Assembly (NCBI GenBank): GCA_037481835.1
Contig: JBBFKW010000009.1
Coordinates: 83,786-147,785 of the forward strand
DNA from: Desulfosoma sp.
GTDB taxonomy: Bacteria; Desulfobacterota; Syntrophobacteria; Syntrophobacterales; DSM-9756
DNA: 64,000 bases
Reading direction: 5' to 3'
Part shown: positions 1 through 9,054 of the stretch, piece by piece
Layout of the letters: each line of letters starts with the position of its first letter
How positions within the stretch are numbered: the stretch's first letter is position 1
The notes under the pieces: model-generated
What the model was told of the DNA's origin: nothing
What the model saw: the letters and a program-made list of their open reading frames with translations, nothing else
Database searches by the model: none
Program-made: the position numbers and the translations under genes

Positions 1-84
1 CCGTGATTTGTGTCGCAGCCGCCGGCTATCTCGTCTCTGTGAGCTTGAGTGCGCTGAAACAAAGAATGGGATACGGGCAAGGCC

Positions 85-522
85 ATGTGTGATCGCTGCA
101 ACTACAGGAAGCTCATGGAAGAGGCGGGCATCCGAGCCACGACCCATCGCCTCGCGGTTTTGCGGATCCTGGGAAGTGCCTCGAGCCCGATGAGCGCCCA
201 AGAAGTTTTCGACGCCCTTCAAGCCTGCCGATCCATCAATCGCGTCACCGTCTACCGCATCCTGGAATCCCTCGTGGAAGGGGGCGTGGTGGACAAGATC
301 AGCGCGGGGGACCGAAGCTTTCGCTACGGGCTGGCCCCCAACGAAAATCATCCGCAGCACGCCCATTTCTACTGCCGTCTGTGCGGCCTCATGGCGTGCC
401 TTCCCCCGGAAAGCCTTCCTCTGCCGTCCCGAAGTTCGTCGTCCATGATGCCGGGCATCGTGGAAAAGTGCGAAATCCGCTTGGACGGGGTGTGCCACCA
501 CTGCCGCCTGCGGCATCCCTGA
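85..522 (+). CDS. fur: Fur-family transcriptional regulator (Zur/PerR-like)
   Basis: Winged-helix segment (TTHRLAVL...TVYRIL), HAHFYCRLCG and C-terminal GVCHHC metal motifs typical of the Fur family. Confidence 0.9.
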   Translation: MCDRCNYRKLMEEAGIRATTHRLAVLRILGSASSPMSAQEVFDALQACRSINRVTVYRILESLVEGGVVDKISAGDRSFRYGLAPNENHPQHAHFYCRLCGLMACLPPESLPLPSRSSSSMMPGIVEKCEIRLDGVCHHCRLRHP

Positions 523-698
523 TCCCCCGTTTTTAGCCTTCATCGGAATCTTCGAATGTTTTAGGCTTTTTCGATCGAAACTATCTATTTGTCCCTGAAC
601 ATTTGTCTTTTCTATGCTTTCCCGGGTTTCGAACCCCGGGGCCCACAGCCCCCGGGGCTCTTCAAGAAGGGTGTTCAAGACCGCACATGGAGAAGCGC

Positions 699-1301
699 AT
701 GAAGGAAGAACGGGTGGACTGTCGGGGCCTGGCCTGCCCGGCTCCGGTGCTCAAAGTGAAGGACATTCTGGATCGATCCCCTGTGGAGCGCATTACGGTC
801 TGGGTGGACAATCCGGCATCGAAGGAAAACGTCAGCCGGTTTCTCATGCGGGCGGGGTTCCAGGTGCAGGTGCAGGAGGAGGCCCAGGGGTTTGCGGTCA
901 TCGGAAGCCGCGGGGCCCAGGAAACCTGCGAAGTCTTCGTGCCGAAAGCCGACGCCGAATCGGCCCGCATTTTGGTGCTCGTGGGCACGTCACGCCTGGG
1001 CTCGGGGGACGACGTCCTGGGGGCCAAGCTCATGGAGAATTTCTTGGGGACGCTCAAGGAAATGGGGCCCGCCCTGTGGCGCTTGGTCTTCTTAAACGGA
1101 GGCGTCCACCTTACGGTGGAAGGTTCTCCTGTGCTGGATATTTTGAAAGAGCTGGAAAGGGACAAGGTGAGCCTCCTTGTGTGCGGAACGTGCCTCAACC
1201 ACTTCGGCCTATTGGAAAAAAAGGCGGTGGGAGAAACCACCAACATGCTGGATATCGTCACTTCCATGCAGCTGGCCGACCGAGTCATCAGCCTGACATA
1301 G
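699..1301 (+). CDS. yedF: Sulfurtransferase-like selenium metabolism protein YedF (TusA/SirA + DsrE domains)
   Basis: VDCRGLACPAPV TusA motif, then DsrE-like LVCGTCLNHF and GETTNMLDIV; ATG 699 preceded by GGAG. Confidence 0.88.
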   Translation: MKEERVDCRGLACPAPVLKVKDILDRSPVERITVWVDNPASKENVSRFLMRAGFQVQVQEEAQGFAVIGSRGAQETCEVFVPKADAESARILVLVGTSRLGSGDDVLGAKLMENFLGTLKEMGPALWRLVFLNGGVHLTVEGSPVLDILKELERDKVSLLVCGTCLNHFGLLEKKAVGETTNMLDIVTSMQLADRVISLT

Positions 1302-1389
1302 AAGCGCACGACAAACGGGCTCCGAAACGCCAAAGGCGCCGCGCCCCGCGGCGGGAAAGGCCGGCTCACCGGCTTTTTCGCTGTAAAGA

Positions 1390-1417
1390 TTGACAAAATC
1401 GCGGGCTTTTCTAACAT
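1390..1417 (+). promoter_or_regulatory. Putative sigma70 promoter for the DAC-domain gene
   Basis: TTGACA (1390-1395), 16-nt spacer, TAACAT (1412-1417), about 40 nt upstream of ATG 1459. Confidence 0.55.
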
Positions 1418-1458
1418 GGGGCGACCATTCATGACCGCATTTTCAGGGAGCGCGCCCC

Positions 1459-2895
1459 ATGCCCACGAAAACCTCGAAAAACCACCTCATCTTCAACGTC
1501 TTGGAAGCGCTTCGCGAAGGGTTTACCCATTTTTCGGGGCCGAGTCGGGTGGCGCTGGTCTATGCGGAAAAGCGCGACGATCCCATGAGGATCTGCGATC
1601 CGGAAGATCTCCTCCGCGGCCATGAACCGAAGTTGAAGGAACTCTATCTGGACAGCGAGGCGTGGCGCGCCGACGCGCCGGATGTGCGCGACATGAAGCG
1701 CTTCGGGCAGATTTACCCTCTGCCGAACCTTAACCTCTCGGGGCTCATCTCCTACGGCGGCCGATCCCGATCCATTTTCTACCAGATGTGGTTTACGGAA
1801 CATCACCCCGACATGTGCTCCGTCCTGCCCACAGAACGGTGGCTCGAGCACGCGGCCTATCTTCTGTCCCACGATTTCGCCACGGCCAAGACATTCTACA
1901 CGGACTCGTCCCGATACGTCCTTCGCGAATACGCGACCCACGCCGTCCACGACGCCATTTTGGACGGGTTGAACCTCAAAGTCGGCTGGGACAGCCGGCT
2001 GCGCATTTACCCCATCTTGGACGCCGTTCTGGAAATTTCCAAAACCCCGGAAGAAGGCGCCTGGCCCCGGGGGAAACTCGTCTTTGTGGAAGAAACGTGC
2101 CTCAAGGATGTTCCTTTCATGGCCGTGTTTCCCCAGGGGGAACGTCCAAGTATCAGCAATGCGAAACACATCCGAAAGATCCTGCTGGCGGTGGAACATT
2201 CGGAACGCTGGCTCGTCTCTGAAGGCCGTACCCTTGTGGGAATCGGCAGGGGGCCTTTGCCGGACTGCCGGATCAGCGCCGAATTTTTCGGCAGTTACGG
2301 CTTTCTTCGCTTCAACGGCCAGCCCATGTGCAGCTTTTCGGAAGGCCGCTTCTACTCCTCGAACCGGCGCGCCAAATTGGTTCAGCTGGAAGAAACCCTC
2401 CTCACGTCGGACCTGGACCCTTCCATGGCCCATACGCTTTTTCAGATTACGGCGGCCCTCGTGCACGGCGCCCAGGAACGCAAGCACGGCTGCACCTTGG
2501 TCCTGGATCTGGGGACCAACCCCCTTTCCATTTCGGGGCATTTGTTGGAAAACCCGCTGGACCTCCAGGACCCCGCCAATCTGGATCTGGCCAAATCCTT
2601 GTCCAAAATGGACGGGGCTCTGCACATCGGGGCGGACGCCAAACTCCATCGGTTCGCCTGTCTTCTGGACGGGCGCAGTGTGCCGGGCGAAGACCGATCC
2701 CGAGGAGCCCGTTACAATTCAGCCCTTCGGTTCAGTGCGGAACACGATCAGGCCATCATCGTGGTCGTCTCTTCCGACCGCCCTGTCTCGGTCGTCCACG
2801 GGGGAGTAGAACTTTCGGCCCTGTGCCCTTGGAGCCCATCCTTCACGCTGAGCGGGCTGCCGCCCACCTTGTCCGATTGGATTTCCCTTGGCTAA
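1459..2895 (+). CDS. DisA_N/diadenylate cyclase (DAC) domain protein with long N-terminal putative sensor region
   Basis: C-terminal HGCTLV...SKMDGALHI...RGARYNSA...VVSSD pattern of DAC domains; the canonical RHR motif reads RYN. Confidence 0.75.
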   Translation: MPTKTSKNHLIFNVLEALREGFTHFSGPSRVALVYAEKRDDPMRICDPEDLLRGHEPKLKELYLDSEAWRADAPDVRDMKRFGQIYPLPNLNLSGLISYGGRSRSIFYQMWFTEHHPDMCSVLPTERWLEHAAYLLSHDFATAKTFYTDSSRYVLREYATHAVHDAILDGLNLKVGWDSRLRIYPILDAVLEISKTPEEGAWPRGKLVFVEETCLKDVPFMAVFPQGERPSISNAKHIRKILLAVEHSERWLVSEGRTLVGIGRGPLPDCRISAEFFGSYGFLRFNGQPMCSFSEGRFYSSNRRAKLVQLEETLLTSDLDPSMAHTLFQITAALVHGAQERKHGCTLVLDLGTNPLSISGHLLENPLDLQDPANLDLAKSLSKMDGALHIGADAKLHRFACLLDGRSVPGEDRSRGARYNSALRFSAEHDQAIIVVVSSDRPVSVVHGGVELSALCPWSPSFTLSGLPPTLSDWISLG

Positions 2896-3025
2896 TCCCG
2901 CCCATGCATCAGGATTTCCTATTGGATCGCCCATGGCCCTGGGATTATGGTCCCATGGCCACCCTGGGGGAATGTCCCCTTGGGATGGGACAACGGAGAC
3001 GATCATTGGGAGGGCCTCTCAGCTC

Positions 3026-3841
3026 ATGTGGAAACCCAAACTCGCCTGCCCCAATTTCACGAGGGATCTCACGGCGCTTCGCCGTTTCGCTCTGGAATCC
3101 GGACTGGACGGCGTAGATTGGAGCTTCACCCTGCAGGAACTTCCCCAGACCCCCAAAGAGGCCTCGAGGTTGAGTCGCGAATTGGCCGATCTGCGGCCTC
3201 TGGCCGTGCGCTACCACGCCGCCTTTCCCACCGTGGATCTGGGAGACCGCGACCCGGAAAAAGCTCAAGCCGCCTATCGAATATTCGAACAAGTGTGCCG
3301 TTTGGTTTCAAAGCTGGAAGGAGAAACCCTCACGATCCACGTGGGGCTGGGGCGAACCACCACGGAAGATCTTTCCTGGGAAAGAACGCTGGAAAACCTT
3401 TGGCGCCTGAACAGTTCGGCCCAAAGGCTCGGAATTCGGCTCTGCCTGGAAAACCTCGCCTGGGGATGGACCAGCCGCCCCGAGCTTTTCGAAAAGATGC
3501 TTCGCCGAAGCGGCCTCTGGGGCACCTTCGATATCGGCCATGCCGTGGTCAGTCCGTCTATTGTCTCTGAGCGGTTCGATGTGGAGGACTTCGTCACGCC
3601 CCACGGAGAACGCATCCTCAACGCCCACGTCTACCACAGGGAATTCGACAATCGTCACTTCCCACCCGAATCCGTGGACGATGTGGCCCAGCGGCTGGAT
3701 CTGCTTCGAGCCCTTCCCGCCTGTGAGTGGTGGGTCCTGGAACTTCGGGACGAGCCGTCTTTGCGTTCCACACTTGACGTCATCCTCAGGTATCTGGAAA
3801 AAGACAACGGAAACCTGGGGATGGTCGAATCGACCGCATGA
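3026..3841 (+). CDS. Sugar phosphate isomerase/epimerase family (xylose isomerase-like TIM barrel)
   Basis: Metal-ligand pattern TIHVG, CLENL, FDIGHA, NAHVY, HFPP, VLEL; ATG 3026 with GGGAGGG upstream. Confidence 0.8.
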   Translation: MWKPKLACPNFTRDLTALRRFALESGLDGVDWSFTLQELPQTPKEASRLSRELADLRPLAVRYHAAFPTVDLGDRDPEKAQAAYRIFEQVCRLVSKLEGETLTIHVGLGRTTTEDLSWERTLENLWRLNSSAQRLGIRLCLENLAWGWTSRPELFEKMLRRSGLWGTFDIGHAVVSPSIVSERFDVEDFVTPHGERILNAHVYHREFDNRHFPPESVDDVAQRLDLLRALPACEWWVLELRDEPSLRSTLDVILRYLEKDNGNLGMVESTA

Positions 3842-3868
3842 AGGGCACCACCCAAGAGGAAAGCGCTT

Positions 3869-4558
3869 TTGGCCTCATCGTCCTTGTCGTGGCAGACAAA
3901 ACCCACCGACCGGTTTATCCTGCGCTGGATTAAGCGCCACCTTTCGGCCCTCATGACGCCCCATCTGGCCCGCGTTCCCGGCCTCGCTCCGTGGATGGTG
4001 ACGGTCACTTCTGCCGCGCTGGGCGTCCTGGCGGGTTTCGTTTTCGGTCTGGGGTGGGGCTTTACGGCAGGCTGTTTGGCCGCCGTCGCCCAGGTTCTGG
4101 ACGGGGTGGACGGTCAGCTGGCACGGCTGAAAGGGACAGAAACCGCCTGGGGAGCCTTTTGGGATTCCACGTTGGATCGCTACGCCGACGGGGCCATGCT
4201 TGTGGGGATGGGCGTTTACGTCGCTCGAGAAGTCCCGTGCATTCCTTTGGGGGTGCTTATTCCCTTGGGCGCGGCAGCTGTCATCGGATGCGGTCTCATC
4301 AGCTACACCACGGCCCGTGCGGAAAGCTTGGCGCTGGACCTCGGGCCGCCCACTTTGGTGAGCAAGGGGACTCGAACCACGCTCATGATCCTTTCGGCAT
4401 GGACGACGGTTTTCTGGAAAGGGGCCCCGGTGATCGCCCTCGTTGTGCTCGCGGTATGGACCAACGCCGTCGTGGCGCAAAGACTCCGGCGCGTGAAGGA
4501 CAAGGGCCGGCCCCTTTCGCCAAAAGGGGGCGCTTCCGATAACGATGCCAAGGAATGA
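3869..4558 (+). CDS. CDP-alcohol phosphatidyltransferase family membrane protein
   Basis: Signature LDGVDGQLARLKGTETAWGAFWDSTLDRYAD; several hydrophobic segments; TTG start with AGAGGA RBS. Confidence 0.88.
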   Translation: MASSSLSWQTKPTDRFILRWIKRHLSALMTPHLARVPGLAPWMVTVTSAALGVLAGFVFGLGWGFTAGCLAAVAQVLDGVDGQLARLKGTETAWGAFWDSTLDRYADGAMLVGMGVYVAREVPCIPLGVLIPLGAAAVIGCGLISYTTARAESLALDLGPPTLVSKGTRTTLMILSAWTTVFWKGAPVIALVVLAVWTNAVVAQRLRRVKDKGRPLSPKGGASDNDAKE

Positions 4559-5111
4559 CGCGATGGAATACGCGGCACCGTGCGGCGTGATCCACGGACG
4601 GTTTCAGATCCTCCACAACGATCACCTCCGCTACCTCTTGGCGGGAAAGGCCCTTTGCCGCCATCTGGTCGTGGGCATCACCAATCCGGAACCCGCGTTG
4701 AGCGCCGACGACGAAGCGGACCCAAAACGCAGTGATCCAGCCGCCAATCCGCTGACTTACTACGAAAGGCAGGTCATGGTGCGGCGGGCTTTGGAAGCCC
4801 ACGGAGTTCCGCTCCAGGAATTCACCATCGTCCCCTTTCCCGTGAACTTTCCCGAGCGCTACCGGTATTACGTTCCCTTGGATGCGGTTTTCTTCCTGAC
4901 CATCTATGACGAGTGGGGGAAAAAGAAGCTTCGCATGTTCCAAGCCTTGGGGCTGAAAACCCACGTGCTGTGGGAAAAGCCGCCCCATGAAAAAGGCATC
5001 AGCGCCTCGGAGGTCAGGCGCCGGATCCGAGAAGGGCTGCCGTGGGAACACCTGGTCCCAGAAACCACCGCCGAACTCGTCAAGACCTGGAAGATCGCCG
5101 AACGCCTGTAA
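4545..5111 (+). CDS. HIGH-superfamily nucleotidyltransferase (NMN adenylyltransferase/cytidylyltransferase-like)
   Basis: HGRFQILHNDH, NPLTYYER, ISASEVRRRI motifs resembling NadM-type enzymes; start may be ATG 4563. Confidence 0.8.
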   Translation: MPRNDAMEYAAPCGVIHGRFQILHNDHLRYLLAGKALCRHLVVGITNPEPALSADDEADPKRSDPAANPLTYYERQVMVRRALEAHGVPLQEFTIVPFPVNFPERYRYYVPLDAVFFLTIYDEWGKKKLRMFQALGLKTHVLWEKPPHEKGISASEVRRRIREGLPWEHLVPETTAELVKTWKIAERL

Positions 5112-5188
5112 GCGCCCGCAGGTTCGTGGAAGCGGCTCAGGCGGTTTTTCATGGAAAGGGCTCCGGCTGCCGTGAAAGCAAAGCCGAC

Positions 5189-5560
5189 TTAACCCCTTCC
5201 CGAAGGAACTTCCCAGAGCAAATCCTTGTCCAAATCCCGGAACAAATCTTCCAGCCGGTACAAGAATTGGTCCAGCGCGCGCAATTCCCGCCCAAGGAGC
5301 GCCTCGCGGGCCTTGTCCCGGCACTCGATCAGGTGCGGCACGTGTTTTTCCAAAACCTTTTTCCACAGGCCGGAGACGTTCGGGTCCCTGGCCGTGCGGG
5401 CCAACTCTTCCACAAGATGGTAAAGGGTGAGCGGCTCATCGACGAGGCGCTTCTTGCCCACGTCCCGAAGGAGGGCACTGCAGCCGGGATACTGCTTGGC
5501 AAAACCTCCCTCGTCATAAACAGGAACCAGTCGGATGTCGATCTGCATGGTGCGACTCAT
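5189..5560 (-). CDS. Hypothetical protein
   Basis: 123-aa ORF with protein-like helical composition filling the gap between neighbours; AGGAGG upstream. Confidence 0.7.
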   Translation of the reverse strand: MSRTMQIDIRLVPVYDEGGFAKQYPGCSALLRDVGKKRLVDEPLTLYHLVEELARTARDPNVSGLWKKVLEKHVPHLIECRDKAREALLGRELRALDQFLYRLEDLFRDLDKDLLWEVPSGRG

Positions 5561-5725
5561 GGAAAGTCCTCCTTTCTTGCCAATGGCGAAAGAATGTGTT
5601 CAAGATGCGCGGCCATTGCGCCGAATTCTCTTGTGGGCTCATACCCCGGTGCACCGAGGTGCGGAAGAACCGCGCAGCCATAGGGTGACGCACAGCTCAC
5701 GCGCTGAAATGGAGCCATAGAAGTC

Positions 5726-6202
5726 ATGGACACGCTGAAAGTCTTCGCCACCGAGGATGGGAAAGGAATGATCGTCTGCCCTCAGTGCGGGTTTGCCCGT
5801 CAGGTGGATGTCGCCCGCTTCCTGCCTCAAAACAAACAGGTCAAGGTTCGGTGCCCATGCGGCCATTCTTTCCGGGTCTCCTTGGAAATCCGAAGGACAT
5901 ACCGAAAGTCGGTCTTCCTCTTTGGAGAATACCGAAAAAAGGCGGACGATGCCAGCAGCCCCTATCGGCAGATGATCGTCCAAGACATTTCGCTGGGTGG
6001 CTGCCGTTTTCAAACCCCCTTGGCCCACGGCCTAAAGATCGGGGATTTGGTCCATCTTGAATTCCCCTTGACCGATGAACGAAAGTCCCTTGTGAAAGCC
6101 GTCGGCGAGGTTCGCCGCGTGGAAGGAAAAAGCGTCGGCGTCACTTTCGTCAATTTCGACTCCGGCTCCGAAAAAGCCCTCTATTTTTTCCTCTTGCCCT
6201 AA
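5726..6202 (+). CDS. PilZ domain protein with N-terminal Zn ribbon
   Basis: CPQC...CPCG, then RRTYRK (RxxxR) and DISLGG (DxSxxG) c-di-GMP-binding motifs. Confidence 0.85.
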   Translation: MDTLKVFATEDGKGMIVCPQCGFARQVDVARFLPQNKQVKVRCPCGHSFRVSLEIRRTYRKSVFLFGEYRKKADDASSPYRQMIVQDISLGGCRFQTPLAHGLKIGDLVHLEFPLTDERKSLVKAVGEVRRVEGKSVGVTFVNFDSGSEKALYFFLLP

Positions 6203-6277
6203 ACGACCATGAGTTTCCGGAGTCGCCCGAACCGGTCGGCGGCTTTCGGGCGGGCTCCCCATTTCTCAATGGGCGTC

Positions 6278-6325
6278 TTGACCGCCTTTCCCTCTTTGCG
6301 ATAAGGTTTGTAAAAATTCTCACGC
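6278..6325 (+). promoter_or_regulatory. Putative sigma70 promoter of the cooS operon followed by a Rex-like operator
   Basis: TTGACC-N18-TAAGGT (6278-6307), then TTGTAAAAATTCTCACGC (6308-6325), an imperfect match to TTGTGAA-N4-TTCACAA. Confidence 0.35.
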
Positions 6326-6455
6326 ATCAGTGCCGGCAGGGCGAATCGGACGGCTTTACGGCCACCGGAGGGACCGTCATGAAGGCGGGCGAGACGGCAC
6401 GCGATGGCAGCACAAAAGCTCTTGCCACAGGGCATGGGCCGGTGATTCCCCTTTC

Positions 6456-6471
6456 TGTCGGGAGAGCGGCA
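6456..6471 (+). promoter_or_regulatory. Possible CooA-type (CRP/FNR family) binding site
   Basis: TGTCG-N6-CGGCA, one mismatch from TGTCR-N6-YGACA, upstream of cooS. Confidence 0.3.
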
Positions 6472-6595
6472 CCCCAAACCCCGGCGCCGCTCGCTCCGGA
6501 GCCGTCTTGTCTCAGCTTACCTGTTTTTGTCCGTTTTTCGCGTCCGTTCCCAGGGCTGAGAGATCCGAAGATCTTTCATGAGGAGGGCAGAAGCC

Positions 6596-8479
6596 ATGAT
6601 GCTCACAAAGGATGAGATACAGGCGCGCACCATCACCGAAGACGGCCGGGTTTTTCTCGAAAAGGCCGCCCGAGACGGCCTTGAAACGGTTTGGGACCGC
6701 TACGAAGCCCAAAAGCCGCAATGCGGCTTTTGCGAACTGGGGCTGAGTTGCCGCAATTGCTCCATGGGGCCGTGCCGGATCGACCCCTTCGGGGACGGGC
6801 CGCAGCGCGGCGTGTGCGGCGCCGATGGGGACATCATCGTAGCCCGGAATTTGGGGCGCATGATCGCCGCCGGATCGGCGTCCCATTCCGATCACGGCCG
6901 GGACCTGGTGGAAGTGCTCCGAAAAGTCGGTGAAGGCCGCGCTCCGGGATACACCATCCGCAGCCCGGAAAAGCTCAAGAAGGTGGCCGCGGAATTTGGG
7001 ATCCCCTCCGACGGCAAGACGCCCGAAGCCCTGGCGGTGGAGCTGGCCCATGCCATGGAGGAGGAATTCGGCACCCGCAAGAAAGCCCTGACGTTTCTCG
7101 GCAGGCTCCCCGAAAAGCGGCGGGCCCTCTGGGAAAAACTGGGGATCACCCCCCGGGGCATCGATCGGGAAACGTCGGAAATGATGCACCGCACCCACAT
7201 GGGTGTGGACAACGACTGGCAAAGCCTGCTCTTGCACGGCTTGCGCAATGCCCTTTCCGACGGGTGGGGAGGATCCCTCATCGCCACGGAGGTTTCCGAT
7301 ATTCTGTTCGGCATCCCGCAGCCGGTTTCGTCCGAAGTCAACCTGGGCGTGTTGAAACCGGACCAGGTGAACATCATCCTTCACGGCCACAACCCCATCG
7401 TCTCTGAGATGATTTTCGAGGCGGCCCAGGATGGGGAACTCACGGCGCTGGCGTCTCAAAAGGGGGCGGCCGGCATCAACCTGGCCGGCCTGTGCTGCAC
7501 GGGCAACGAACTCCTCATGCGCCGAGGCATTCCCATGGCGGGCAACCACCTCATGACGGAACTGGCCTTGAGCACCGGGCTTGTGGACATGATGCTCGTG
7601 GATTACCAGTGCATCATGCCGGCCCTGGGAGAAATCGCCAGGTGTTACCACACGCTCATGGTCTCCACGAGCGACAAGGCCAAGTACCCGCACATGGTTC
7701 ACCACGAGTTCCATCCGGAAACGGCCCGGGAAAAGGCTCGGGACCTGGTGCGGCAAGCGGTGGAAAATTTCACTCGGCGCATCCCCGCCAAGATCCTCAC
7801 CCCGCCCAACACCCCGACGAAAATGATGGCCGGATTCAGTGTGGAAGCCATCCTGGCGGCTCTCGGCGGAAGCCCGACCCCGCTGATCGAGGCCATCAAA
7901 TCCGGAGCGGTCCAGGGCGCCGTCGGGGTCGTGGGGTGCAACAACCCCAAAATCCGACACGACTTCGGCCATGTGACCCTGACCCGACGGCTGATCGAAA
8001 ACGATATCCTCGTCGTGGACACGGGCTGCGCCGCCGTCGCCCATGCCAAAGCCGGCCTCAAGGTCCCCGAAGCCGCGGCTCAGGCGGGACCGGGCTTGCG
8101 GCAGGTGTGTGCGGCCCTGGGCATCCCGCCGGTCCTGCACATGGGCAGCTGTGTGGATAACGTGCGCATCCTGGACTTGGCCGCCGCCCTTGCCAACACC
8201 TTGGGGACGGACATTTCGGACCTTCCCTTGGCCGCCGCCGCCCCCGAATGGTACTCGGAAAAGGCCGTCTCGATCGCCTGTTACGCCGTGGCCTCCGGCG
8301 TGTTCACGGTGCTCGGCACCCCACCGCCCATTTTCGGCAGCCCCAAGATCGTCAAGCTCCTCACGGAAGATATCCGGGGCCTTCTGGGCGCCTCCTTCGC
8401 CGTGGAACCCGATCCGGAAAAAGCGGCGGGCCTCATCGTGGACCACATCCGCCAGAAGAGGAAAGCTCTCGGGCTTTGA
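6596..8479 (+). CDS. cooS: Anaerobic Ni-Fe carbon monoxide dehydrogenase catalytic subunit
   Basis: CGFCELGLSCRNCSMGPC (D/B clusters), HSDH, HGHNP, CCTGNE, DYQC, GCNN, TGC, GSCVD, EKA C-cluster motifs. Confidence 0.97.
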   Translation: MMLTKDEIQARTITEDGRVFLEKAARDGLETVWDRYEAQKPQCGFCELGLSCRNCSMGPCRIDPFGDGPQRGVCGADGDIIVARNLGRMIAAGSASHSDHGRDLVEVLRKVGEGRAPGYTIRSPEKLKKVAAEFGIPSDGKTPEALAVELAHAMEEEFGTRKKALTFLGRLPEKRRALWEKLGITPRGIDRETSEMMHRTHMGVDNDWQSLLLHGLRNALSDGWGGSLIATEVSDILFGIPQPVSSEVNLGVLKPDQVNIILHGHNPIVSEMIFEAAQDGELTALASQKGAAGINLAGLCCTGNELLMRRGIPMAGNHLMTELALSTGLVDMMLVDYQCIMPALGEIARCYHTLMVSTSDKAKYPHMVHHEFHPETAREKARDLVRQAVENFTRRIPAKILTPPNTPTKMMAGFSVEAILAALGGSPTPLIEAIKSGAVQGAVGVVGCNNPKIRHDFGHVTLTRRLIENDILVVDTGCAAVAHAKAGLKVPEAAAQAGPGLRQVCAALGIPPVLHMGSCVDNVRILDLAAALANTLGTDISDLPLAAAAPEWYSEKAVSIACYAVASGVFTVLGTPPPIFGSPKIVKLLTEDIRGLLGASFAVEPDPEKAAGLIVDHIRQKRKALGL

Positions 8480-8503
8480 AGAATTCCGCTGAGGGAGTCC
8501 GCT

Positions 8504-9049
8504 ATGGAACAAAGCGTGAAAGAAAGGGTGATGGTGCGACTGGAGCGGTGCGTCGGGTGCCGTTCGTGCGAAATGGCATGTCGGGTGGCTCATTCCCGAG
8601 GCGGCACCCTTTTGGCCGCCGTGTGTGAGGAACCCAGACCCTCACGGCGGATCTTCGTGGAACAGGCGGCGGACAGCCCGGTCCCTTTTCTCTGCCGCCA
8701 TTGTGAAGATGCGCCGTGCGTGCGCTGCTGCCCCACGGGGGCCTTGGCCTTCGACGAAGACAGCCGCCTGGTAATCTACACGGGGCAGCGGTGTATCGGC
8801 TGCCATGCGTGCATCATGGCCTGTCCATTCGGAGTCATCCAAACCGGTGGAGGCGACGGGTACGTGGTCAAGTGCGATCGATGTCCGGGACGGGATCTGC
8901 CGGCGTGCGTGGAAGCCTGCCCCACCCAGGCTTTGGTGTTGGAAGGCCGCTTCGTTTCCGATCGGCGCCGCCGCACTGCGGCCCGGTTCGTGGAGGCCGC
9001 CCGCGGGGCCCCGCACGTGGAAGACATGCTCGCGTCAGGGAGCCCTTAG
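8504..9049 (+). CDS. cooF: CooF-like four-[4Fe-4S] electron transfer protein
   Basis: Four ferredoxin Cys groups (CVGCRSCEMAC, CRHCEDAPC, CIGCHACIMACP, KCDRC...CVEACP); directly after cooS. Confidence 0.85.
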   Translation: MEQSVKERVMVRLERCVGCRSCEMACRVAHSRGGTLLAAVCEEPRPSRRIFVEQAADSPVPFLCRHCEDAPCVRCCPTGALAFDEDSRLVIYTGQRCIGCHACIMACPFGVIQTGGGDGYVVKCDRCPGRDLPACVEACPTQALVLEGRFVSDRRRRTAARFVEAARGAPHVEDMLASGSP

Positions 9050-9054
9050 ACCCC

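Noticed and set aside
3838..3933. Frameshifted start of the CDP-alcohol phosphotransferase from ATG 3838
   Set aside because: An in-frame TTG at 3869 has a good AGAGGA RBS, so no frameshift is needed; a sequencing or slippage event at the TTTT run cannot be fully excluded
6405..6420. Sigma54 promoter TGGCAGCACAAAAGCT upstream of cooS
   Set aside because: GG-N10-GC spacing is present but the -12 element is poor (AAGC); weak evidence
8716..9054. 113-aa N-terminal extension of FdhF (similar extensions on IclR, hbd, ligA and the 11348 ORF)
   Set aside because: Overlaps the upstream gene or intergenic DNA and lacks family features; downstream ATGs match family N-termini
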